A stretch of 64,000 bases of DNA from contig JAUZTB010000017.1 of assembly GCA_034780895.1 (NCBI GenBank), positions 18,910,102-18,974,101 on the forward strand, given 5' to 3'. The notes below the pieces were generated by a model that ran no database searches, was not told the DNA's origin, and saw only the letters and a list, made by a program, of their open reading frames with translations. Both the position numbers and the translations under genes were made by a program. Positions 54,030 through 64,000 of this stretch are shown here, one piece after another (position 1 is the first letter of the stretch; every line of letters begins with the position of its first letter). This DNA is from Rhynchobatus australiae (taxonomy: Eukaryota).

Positions 54030-56439
54030 CTTTATATGCAAAACAAAATAGCAAATTATAGAACAAGGTTGCTCAAAATTAACTGATTTGTAACCTAAGG
54101 AAGATAAATAAATTGGCTAAAAGCAGCCTTACAAGCTGCAGAACTTGAGTTTTACTTCAACTTTATTCAGTTATTTTCTTTATAAATGGCACTATGTTCA
54201 CCCATGTTCATTTGGCAGGCATTGCAATTCTTAGTGTTAGAGCAGAGTGACAATGGCCTTACCAGAGGCAGTTCTGAAAAGAGATTGCTCAATTTTTAGC
54301 TTAAATGTCAAAACATTTACAATTGCATCAATCTGGTCTGGATCTTACAGCTAAAAACCTAAACTATAGCAAATTGACACAAGTTCAAAGACTGGTTTTG
54401 TTGTGCTGAGATTGTCCCCAAGAAAAAACAAGAAGTTTCATTTATACAAGACCAAATTATAACTTTAAACTTGCTCCAGATTAACATGGACTTCAATTAA
54501 TCATCTGACAAAAAAATGATTTTTTTGTACTTAAGCAAAGGAAAAGAAAATGGTTATATGAAATGTCACAACCTCAAGGTGTTCTAAATTCCTTTACACT
54601 CCAAGTTATTCATTTGAAGGATAAATAAACAAGTGTGGCAGCATGAAGTGATAATCATTTCAGGAAGAATAACTGGGATAAATAAGCTCAATCATCGGGA
54701 TAAATTATCTACTGATCTTGATCATCATATTGAGTAGATAAAGCAGTCAATTTGTATGAAAGAGAATGCAGATGCAGGAATCGGAAACATCAAACAGAAC
54801 ACTGGAACAAAAAAAAATCAGCGAGTCAGTCAGCATCTGTGGAGCCAAAAGGTGCAAGTCAATGTTTCGGGTTGAGACCCTACACCAAGACAGAGGAAAG
54901 AGACAAGATTACCAGTATATAGTAATATGACAAGGTTGGTGGGACAGAGGCTGGTAGGCAATAGGTGGAACCAGATGGGGAGGGGATGATGGGCAGGTGA
55001 AACAGGTTTTTGGGGTGGGAGGGGGTGTGGAAATGGTAAAGGTGAACACGGAGAAAACTAGGCAGATAGGTGAGAGTGTGTGGGAGGAGCATACCAAGGG
55101 TGTGGGTTACCTGAAGTGGTTTACTATTTTATCCAAAAATCACCACCGTTATTTGTGCTTGAGAAGTCCCTGGAATGGGGCTTGAAACCACAACCTTTCA
55201 ACTCTGAGACAAGAGAAAGATCACTGAAAGTAGTGTTCTGAGATGCTCACAATGGGCTGCCATATTCAGAAAATGTATTTACAATCAAGTGGCTTGTCAT
55301 CCATAGTGTGGTATGCAGTTGTGTTGACCAGATAGGCGTCATTTAGTAAAGGTCATTGATGACAATTTAAGCCTCGCAATATGGTCTTATCACATCCCAA
55401 ATACTTTTCAAAACACTGATTATGCAAGTCTGTACAATTTCCAGCATTAAATTATTGGTGCAGATTCCATAACTAACATCTTTAAAATAAATTTTCCTGT
55501 ACATTAATATTTAAACTCTGTCATTAAGTAAGCGGAACCATTTTCACAGCTGCAAGTATGGTAATTGTATGAAAAAGGTTAAACACATTAGATGCTTCTG
55601 CAGAATATGCTGCACAACAAATAAATTAGCAAGTGCATCCATTAACAGATCAATTGTGTCTCACTTAAAAGATAATTTTAATGTGTCAATCTTATTCCAG
55701 GAGCTCAGGATTTATTTGGAAAAATACTGTTACAATCTTGTGAAAATATCTGCTCTATATTTTCTGAAGAATCCGCATAAAGTAAAAGACATTTGCCTTT
55801 GCCATTTGTAACAAAGGCAAACTTACTACATTATGGATTCTTTTTTTCTGAGGATACAAAGACAAGCTCAAAATGAATAATGACAGCAAAACATTATCAG
55901 TTCTGGAGCAAAGTTGAAGTGTTGGTTTGGGCATCTTGTTATTTATTCGTAGGGATAAATTGAGCACAACAGAAACATTTTTTAGGTACATGTCAAACAG
56001 CTTAGTGCAATTACGAGGATGCCACAGGCAATCAGCTAACTTCAACCAGGGATATACAAAACATGGATCAATAATATGGACGTGAAAAAGTATTCATTCT
56101 TCTCTACTGAAATATTTGAAATGGAACCAAATTCTTAAAACTGAAAATATAAAATGAATATTACACACCAATGGCCTGAGAAAGAAAATCAATTCTGCAG
56201 TACACAAACCGTGCATCTTATGGTTGAAAAAAAATCCCTTGCAAACATCTTTTAATTTCAACCTTCCTCAATGCTGGTCAATTTATTGCTGACATGGAGA
56301 ACAAAAATTTACAGATATTGATACATATTCTTGAAACGAGTCCTTAAAGATACCCAACAACAAAAGAACTACAATAGAGAAGAACTATTTCTGTTTGATA
56401 ACACTCGTATGAATGTTTTGCTACATTAAAGTCTACAAA

Positions 56440-57525
56440 AATCATAACCCGCTTACAGACTTTATTCGGCCCACCATGTCCAACTAACAGTGGGCACCCA
56501 TCGATATTAATCACACCTTCCAGCACTTGGTCCACAACATTCTATTCCTAGGCAATTCAAGTGCTCATCTGGACACTCTCAAATGCTGTCAGTGATTCTG
56601 CCTCCACCACTCTCATTACATTCCAGGTGCTCTCCATTCTGAGTGAAAAAGGTCCCCTTCATACCCCAACAAATCTCTTACCTCTTACCTAAATTTATGT
56701 CATATAGTTTTATACATCTCTGGTAAAGGGAAAAGTTACCTGCAATCCACCCTATCCAAACTACTCATGATATTATGTATACATCAATCATGTCCTCTCT
56801 TAACCTCCTCCTCCACTCCAGAGAAAACAGACCTGATCTCTCCAGTCTCTCCTCATAACCAAAACATTGCATTCTAGGCAACGTCCCGGTGAATCCCATC
56901 TGCACCCTCTCCAATCACATCTTTCCTATAATGTGGTGACCAAAATTGCACACAGTCCTCAGCTGAGGCCTGGTCAACATTTTATGTCAGAGCATACCCC
57001 GCCCCCACCCCTCCACTCTTGCATTTAGTGCCCCCAAATAATGAAGGTCGGCATCCTACATGCCTCCTTAACCACATTATCTACCCACTATGCCACCTGC
57101 AAGGATTTTTGGACTCGTACACCAAAATCCCTCTGTTCCTCAGTACTCCATAGGAACATAGCATTCATGATCCATGTCCAAGCCTCATTAGTACTCCCAA
57201 AATGCAATACGTCACATTTGCCTGGATAAACTCCACATATCATTTCTCAGCCCATTTCACCAACACATTGATATCACCCTGCAGCCTAAAATTAGCCTCC
57301 ACAATATTAACAACTCCACCACCGATCTTCAAGTCACCTGCTAGCTTACTGATCACACTTCTTACATCCTTATCCAAATCATTCATGTATATTACAAACA
57401 GCAAGGGCAGCAGCACCGATCTCTGTGCAACACCACTAGTCACAGATGTCCCATCACAAAAACTACCATCACACTGTCTTCTAATACCAACTTTGGATCC
57501 AATTTACCAACTTGCTCTAGGCCCA
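56440..57525 (-). mobile_element. CR1-family LINE, decayed
   Basis: TSGVAQRSVLLPLLFVIYMNDLD...ISKLAGDLKIGG (RT core). Confidence 0.9.
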
Positions 57526-58114
57526 AACAGACTTTTGTCATTTTACAAGAAAGACTGAATTATTAGACTGAATGGACATTTGTGGTTCATCCTTGGTTGT
57601 TCTAAACAATCAAAAGCTTAGCTAAGCTACATAAGAATAAATACATTCGATGGTATTGCTGCTACGTCCAAGCCAGTCTCATGATAGGCTCCCTTTCCTT
57701 CACATTTTGTGAGCCAGTTCAAATTTTAAAAGTTCATAAAAGTTAAAAATCCAACAGCTTTCAGGGCCATTATAATTTAATTAATAAATGTAATTCAGTT
57801 TCATGCTGAAGTATAAAAAAACATGGACTCTGGATTGCTATCTAATGCATTACAATTACCTAGATTATTTCTATATAAGAATGTTTCTGTGTTTACGTTG
57901 AGGAAAATGAACAAATGTTTACTTCCTTGTTCAAATACCATCATGTTATCTCAAAAGCCAGACAACAGATAATCACAGTATACAAATCTGATTACACTAC
58001 AAAGCATTCTTCAATTTTGTGCACGTCAACATAAAACAAGCTTTTTTGGTAGAGAAGAAATTTGTGCTTGAAATAATGTAATACACAATCCCTGCAAGTT
58101 GCCACCAAACAAAC

Positions 58115-58214
58115 CTGTGTAGGCATTATTCTGCGTTCTTCCTTAGTTGGAACTCTCTTCTGTCTCTCAGTTCTCTGTCGTGGAACTGGAGGTTCACTTT
58201 TGAAAGATCCCAGC
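58115..58214 (-). CDS. NSMCE4A: NSMCE4A exon 5 (LGSFKSEPPVPRQRTERQKRVPTKEERRIMPTQ)
   Basis: gtgcag| acceptor, CAG|gtttgt donor, 100 nt phase 2 to 0. Confidence 0.92.
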
Positions 58215-58417
58215 CTGCACCGTAACAGAAACATTGTTAACTTTGTACAAAAAAAACCACATCTATGCAGTGACTTACAACATCTCAATTTCCCAAAGCA
58301 CTTTACAGTGAATGAAATACCCAAGTCCAAACACCAGAGTGCTGCTTTTGAACATGAGGTGCCACATTAAAATCCATTAATTGTCTACAGATAGCTGGAG
58401 AAATATATTTAACTTAC

Positions 58418-58563
58418 ATATAATGAAAGGCTGGAGCTCTTTTAAAATACTTCTCAGCTTCATTTCCTAGTTTAGTCCAGGCATCTTTCGGAAGCCACCC
58501 TGTGGATTCATCATCTTCATCACTCCCTTCAGTTTCCAGTCGTCTCAAACCCATGAATGTTAA
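58418..58563 (-). CDS. NSMCE4A: NSMCE4A exon 4 (LTFMGLRRLETEGSDEDDESTGWLPKDAWTKLGNEAEKYFKRAPAFHYM)
   Basis: tgtgcag| acceptor, |gtaagt donor, 146 nt phase 0 to 2. Confidence 0.94.
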
Positions 58564-59029
58564 CTGCACAGAAAAAATTTAAAAGGTGGCATAAATAGCA
58601 TTTCTGTATACCAAACTAACTAAATAATTTTTGACAATGATACATTAATACAACTTGTCCTATTAAGATTTGCACACCAACTTTCATTTCATACTTAATG
58701 GATAATTTTCCCATGGAAAAATGCTGCCTAGAAAACAATCCAGAACATGTGCATCGCCACAGCCAATAATCTAGAGATGGGTATAATAACTCAGCTGATA
58801 TCTCTCTTCAATTTAAACACAATGTATTGTCATATTCTTGAAAACATTATTGTCAAAAAACTGCTATGCCAGAACCCTAGATTCTAACTTTTATGAAATG
58901 AAAGTCAAAAGAGATTTAAATTATTAGAAAGCAATACTTTCAGTTAAATCAATATGTTACTTGCACATGGAAGACAAAATCTAAACCAACCAAACCAAAC
59001 AACAGTCTTGTGTGCTGGATCCCTTTTCA

Positions 59030-60540
59030 AAATGTATTCTTTTATGGCTCGAGAGCATTGTTGCAAAGGTATGCAATTATCAACCAAGCCTTGAGAAAGG
59101 AGCAGACAGCCATATCATGAAATGCTATAGTCCTTTTGGTGAAAGTATCCCAGTCTTACTGGATAGGGAGTTCTGGAATCTACATCCAGCCACAATGAAG
59201 GAACAGTCATACATTTCCCTAACAAGATACTGTAAGACTTAGAGGGAACCAGAGGGAGATGATGTTTCCAGGTGCCTGCTGCTCATCATTGTTTGTGCAA
59301 TAGATCACAATTTTAGAAAGTGCTGTTGGAGTAGCTTAGGCAAGTACCCACTGTGCACTTTGTAGATGGTATACACTGCAGTCATGATATGCTTGGGCAG
59401 AGTTAGTGAATGCTCATGGTGATAGATGAATCAAGCTTGCTACTTTGTCCTGGATTGTATTGAGCTTCTTGAGTGTTGAAGCTACAGTTGTCCAGGAAGA
59501 TGAAGAGTTTTCCATTACACTTCTGATTTGTGCCTAGTCAGAGATGGAAAGGCTTTAGGGAGTCAGAAGGCAAATCTCTTATTGCAGGATATTCAGTCTC
59601 TAACCTATTCTTGTGGGCACACCGTTTATCTGGCTAGTCCAGTTAGGTTTCAGGTCAATGGTGACCAANNNNNNNNNNNNNNNNNNNNNNNNNNNNNNNN
59701 NNNNNNNNNNNNNNNNNNNNNNNNNNNNNNNNNNNNNNNNNNNNNNNNNNNNNNNNNNNNNNNNNNNNNNNNNNNNNNNNNNNNNNNNNNNNNNNNNNNN
59801 NNNNNNNNNNNNNNNNNNNNNNNNNNNNNNNNNNNNNNNNNNNNNNNNNNNNNNNNNNNNNNNNNNNNNNNNNNNNNNNNNNNNNNNNNNNNNNNNNNNN
59901 NNNNNNNNNNNNNNNNNNNNNNNNNNNNNNNNNNNNNNNNNNNNNNNNNNNNNNNNNNNNNNNNNNNNNNNNNNNNNNNNNNNNNNNNNNNNNNNNNNNN
60001 NNNNNNNNNNNNNNNNNNNNNNNNNNNNNNNNNNNNNNNNNNNNNNNNNNNNNNCCTGGTGAATCATTAACTCAGCACCTCTGGCTGAAAAAGCTTAACT
60101 CTGTCTTCAGCACTTACATACAGGGCTCTGTCAGTGTTCCTCAGCTCAATAACCATGCTAAATTAAGAGTTGGGTTATGAGATTACAGGCTGCGGTGGAA
60201 TACAATTCTGCTGCTGCTGAAGAACTATAGCACCTCTCAGGTGCCCAAATCTGAGGTTCTGGAAGTATTCTGATCACAATTAGTGCAGTGGTAGTACTAG
60301 ACATCACAACGGAGATACCCTATGCAGAGACAGGACTTTGACTTCAGTGGTTATTCATACCATGGATGTATCTGCCACAGTCAGTACACAAGGATGAGCA
60401 GCTTTATCCCTTATGTTGGTTTACACAGCACCTTCTGCAGAACCAATCTGACAGCAAAGTCCTTCAGGGCTTGACCATCATGATCAATGAAAGCAACTCT
60501 TGGTGATCAATATAGTGATCACTCCCAAAATTTGCAATTG
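59030..60540 (-). repeat. Interspersed LINE-like repeat, with copies at ~42490-42660 and ~45180-45445
   Basis: Shared motifs TTGAG(A/G)AG, GGGAGTTC(C/T)(A/G)G(G/A)AT and CACACTGCAG(C/T)C across the three loci. Confidence 0.55.
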
Positions 60541-60748
60541 CTAAGCATGGTTACAGAGCAAGCTGTTCCACAGCCTTGGACAAAATGAAATGAAGCAGAG
60601 CTGAACACAATACCATCTTCCAAGTTCCAAATGAATTTGAAAACTTTAGATTTTCCAGTTTGATAACAAACAAACCCCTGGATATAATCCATTCCACAGC
60701 AACATTCTTTATGTCTAAAACATTTTACAAGGAATGAAACCTTCTTAC

Positions 60749-60879
60749 CAGTTCCTCTGCAAAGACTGATGGATCAAACACCATCATGTCTGTGTGCAGC
60801 TGATTAGCCTTCTCTTGACCCAGATTTGTAGCAAGTACGAGAAACTGAGCATCCAGGGCTGCCTCACTGGTCTGACGTA
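60749..60879 (-). CDS. NSMCE4A: NSMCE4A exon 3 (VRQTSEAALDAQFLVLATNLGQEKANQLHTDMMVFDPSVFAEEL)
   Basis: ttttcag| acceptor, |gtaaga donor, 131 nt. Confidence 0.95.
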
Positions 60880-61226
60880 CTGAAAAAGGTACACAGTGAA
60901 GCATTATTTCAGTTTTCTTGACAAATTTTAAATCTTTTAACATAATCCATCTACTGAACAATGTCACCATCTCATCAAGGAAATGAAAAATGAATGTTAG
61001 ATGAATACCAGAGAATTAAGGGGCAGAAAGTGCATCAAACGTAAATTAAGCCCACTACAAACACCTAACCACTTTTAGTTAAAAGTTTTAACTAATGGAA
61101 TAACAGTAAAAACTTATCAAGTGCGATTTTAGCCACTTTAGTTGACTTGAATTAAGATAAAACTTCAGGTTTTCATTGCTTCTCGACTATTTCATTCCAA
61201 TATATTTTGAGTTAAATGGGACTCAC

Positions 61227-61307
61227 CTTTGGAAAACAATTTATTAGCTTCCTCCAGTGCTTCTGTTAACTTATTACTGTTGGGTCTGATCATGTCCTCC
61301 CGATTCT
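61227..61307 (-). CDS. NSMCE4A: NSMCE4A exon 2 (QNREDMIRPNSNKLTEALEEANKLFSK)
   Basis: tttcag| acceptor, G|gtgagt donor, 81 nt phase 1-1. Confidence 0.93.
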
Positions 61308-61484
61308 CTGAAACATCGAGTGGAGAGAAAATATGCTTATTGGGAAATCACTAAAAAAAAAATTGAGTACCATTTGAGATGGCACTCAAGAGGGTTACAT
61401 AGATAGGAGTGGATGAGGTCATAGCAGAATACAAATTTGAGAATAAAAACTTAACTCATTTGAGAAGACCTCAAGTTCTGGAGC

Positions 61485-61925
61485 AAAAAACAAACTACTG
61501 GAGAAACTCAGATGATCAAGCAGCAGCCATGGTGCAAAAGGATAATAGATGTTTCAGGTTGAGACCCTGCAACAGGACTAATAAATGGTCTCAACGAGGT
61601 AAGTGTGGAAGTGGGAAGGGGATTTGAAATGACATGCAAACTAGAGGTCAGGATGCCCATTGTGGACAGAGAACAGGTGTTCCACAAAACAGTAGCCTGG
61701 TCACATTTGGTCTTGCTAATGTAGAGGAGGCCACATCTCGAGCACCAAATGCAGAAGACGAGGTAGGGACAAGTGTTGCACCCTCTACCATTGCAGGGGA
61801 AGGTGCTGGGAGACAGGGAGGGCTGAGCAGGTAGGAAGGAAGGAAGGAATGAGCAAACCAGGGAGTCAAGAGAGAGTGGTCCCTGCAGAAAGCATGTGGT
61901 GGGAGGGGAAGATGTGGTCTGGATG
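61485..61925 (-). mobile_element. Penelope-like retroelement fragment (GIY-YIG endonuclease remnant plus terminal repeat)
   Basis: ORF track gives FPCNGRGCNTCPY-LVFCIWCSRCGLLYISKTK, resembling the Cys-rich/GIY-YIG region of Penelope-like elements. The HHR-like tail follows. Confidence 0.7.
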
Positions 61926-63499
61926 CTCAACAGGCAATATAATTTATAAAACCCAGGATAAGCAGAGATCGAAGCAACAAATGAAAACCAAAAAACTGCA
62001 GATGCTCAAAGTCGAAAAAACAAAAAATATCAAAAACACCCAGAGTTCTGACAAAGGGTCCCATTTGAAACATTAACATCTTTCCACAGATGCTGTAAAG
62101 CCTGCTAGGTGCTTCCAGCATTTTCTGTTTTTGGTCCAAGCAACAAAATGGACATTATGGGGAATGCTGGGTTACACAAATCCATCAGAACTGCATCAGC
62201 ACTGGAAGAATATCAGCCCAATAAATCAGCCACGATCGAATAGCAGAGCAGACTCGATAGGCTGAATGGCCTAATTTTATTCCTATGTCTTATGGTCTGA
62301 TTTGCAGCTGAACACTGGCCTCTTAGTGGACCATAATACATGCAAAACAGAAGTCTTTAGGAAAGTAATAAAACAAGGTAGAAATCCTAGCTCATGCAAA
62401 AACTAATATTTTACACAAGACCAATACGGATATCCTCCAGTGAAGCTGGGTTCCCAACTGAACTGCTTAAAAAGGCACCAGTCACAAAATTAACAGTACC
62501 ATGNNNNNNNNNNNNNNNNNNNNNNNNNNNNNNNNNNNNNNNNNNNNNNNNNNNNNNNNNNNNNNNNNNNNNNNNNNNNNNNNNNNNNNNNNNNNNNNNN
62601 NNNAGTACCATGGACTGAAGCAGTCTAACAGAAGCAAATCAAATAGTAAATTTTGGATTTCTAAGCATTGGACTAGGTTTTAGAACTCAGTCATGAGATT
62701 CATGCAAATCAGCTTTTAAACAAACAATACAGTTATGGAAGCTACGAAAGGGGTTAGTGACGTTGGACTAGGGAAATTTTATTGGCATTCATGGGAAGAC
62801 TCTGTATTCTCTTTCACAAAGTGTATAAACTAGCAGTTGTACTTATAAGTTTGGCTCCAGCTGCAAGTAGCATAACAAAAGGCTCACTTTCACTTCAAAG
62901 GAGCAGATAACCTACAACATCCCACATACATAATCGTTTGTTAACTCAAAGGTAATAGTCAGAAAGCTGATTTGTGGAGAGCAAAACAGATCACAAACTC
63001 GAGCTTCTCTTTTCACTGATGTTGCCTGAGCACTCCCAGAAGTTTATTATTTTAGATTTTCAGCACCTGCAGTTTTTAAGTTTATTTTTGAGCTGCAGTA
63101 TTAAATATGTTCAGTCTTCACCGCACACAGAGGGCACAGGTAATCCTATGTTACACGTTGCTTTTATTTAACCCCTGATGCGTGTGCCGAACTGAAAGGT
63201 GGATTACTTTTCCCTTCATTGAGAAGGCGGGGGGAAGAGGAACAGGTGGTTGAGAGCAGAGAGAGGCTCATTACTGCAAAGACAAAAGAGGCGAGCAAGT
63301 CCCTTAAATATTGTAAATATGGGATTGGAGTATCACCCCAGGGGGTCACACTAGTAGCATTGGTGCTGTCTTTTTTCCTAGAAAGTGTCACTAATGATTG
63401 ATCTGTACATGAATGTAAAAGTTTGCGCTATCTTATTGTTGTATATGGTTTGCCTTTTATTATGAATAAAGTTTGTTTTGGTTAAATAAAAAGAGGCAC

Positions 63500-63930
63500 G
63501 TTACTGGAGCGTCAGACGGGGCGAGGAGTGGTCGAGAGCGCCCTGGGGGGAGCCTGCGGCCCGCCGCTCACTCACGCTGAACGCTGTTGATGAGCTCCCG
63601 GTACTGGTGCCTCAGCATCCTCCGGCGGTTCGGGTCATCGTCCCGGGCCCCATACGGGATACCGTCGCCGAGGTCCTCGTCCTCCGTCATGGTGCAGTCG
63701 GACACGGTCGAGTTCCTCCTGCCGTGCGGCTGCCCCCCGGTCCCGTTGGACGTGCTGGCCGGCAAGCGGTGGGAGCTGCCGCTCGGAGGCATCCCCCGGG
63801 CGCGGCTCCGGCTCTCCGCCATTGTCCAGAACCGGCCCACCTTTTCTAGGTTACGTCATCGCGGCAACGGTACGCGCTGATGTCATTGACGTGCAGGAAG
63901 TTGGTGCGTAGCCTTCGTCGCCTTGGCCTC
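63500..63930. promoter_or_regulatory. NSMCE4A CpG island and promoter with CRE-like and ETS motifs
   Basis: High CpG density. TTACGTCA at 63851, TGATGTCA at 63878, TGACGTG at 63887 and CAGGAAGT at 63894, just upstream of the ATG. Confidence 0.7.
63576..63822 (-). CDS. NSMCE4A: NSMCE4A exon 1 (MAESRSRARG...RRRMLRHQYRELINSVQ)
   Basis: ACAATGG Kozak context, 247 nt, C|gtgagt donor, CpG island. Confidence 0.9.
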
Positions 63931-64000
63931 TCATTGAGTAGTTGTTCGGATTCCTCTGGAGGGGAAGGTTTACATCTGGCAGTGTCACATCTTTAAACAA

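Larger units (their letters stand above)
49787..63822 (-). other. NSMCE4A: NSMCE4A gene span (SMC5/6 kleisin subunit Nse4), 10 coding exons, about 360 aa
   Basis: Exons splice in phase and match Nse4/EID-family motifs (R.QYR.LI, EAxLDAxFLV, QEATEKEVERILGLLQ, VENIFHVSFIxRDG, DQDxLPxIEP). Confidence 0.95.

Noticed and set aside
63587-63880. + strand ORFs antisense to NSMCE4A exon 1
   Set aside because: Shadow ORFs of a GC-rich coding exon.

Overview
Eukaryotic, repeat-rich, gapped vertebrate genomic DNA. The repeat content (CR1/HER1-like LINEs, tRNA-derived SINEs, Penelope-like fragments) suggests a cartilaginous fish, which is an inference. Two spliced genes lie on the minus strand in the same order as in mammals. 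NSMCE4A (SMC5/6 kleisin) has 10 coding exons at 63822-49787, with exon 7 partly in an N gap. ATE1 (arginyl-tRNA-protein transferase) is present as its 5' part: two alternative first coding exons (40618-40702, 39685-39781), exons 2-6, and two 129-nt paralogous exons 7 (15095-15223, 13478-13606). ATE1 exon 8 onward was not found and probably lies beyond the left edge. The most notable unannotated structure is a ~49-nt intronic element (13706-13754) that is antisense to the 3' splice site and 5' part of both exon-7 copies. It is a competing RNA base-pairing switch that looks like an inverted exon copy. The window also has several degenerate minimal hammerhead-ribozyme motifs in Penelope-type termini and an IR/DR Tc1 transposon nested in one of them. 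Most entries in the ORF track are spurious. I found no wholly new gene system; the best leads are RNA-level elements.
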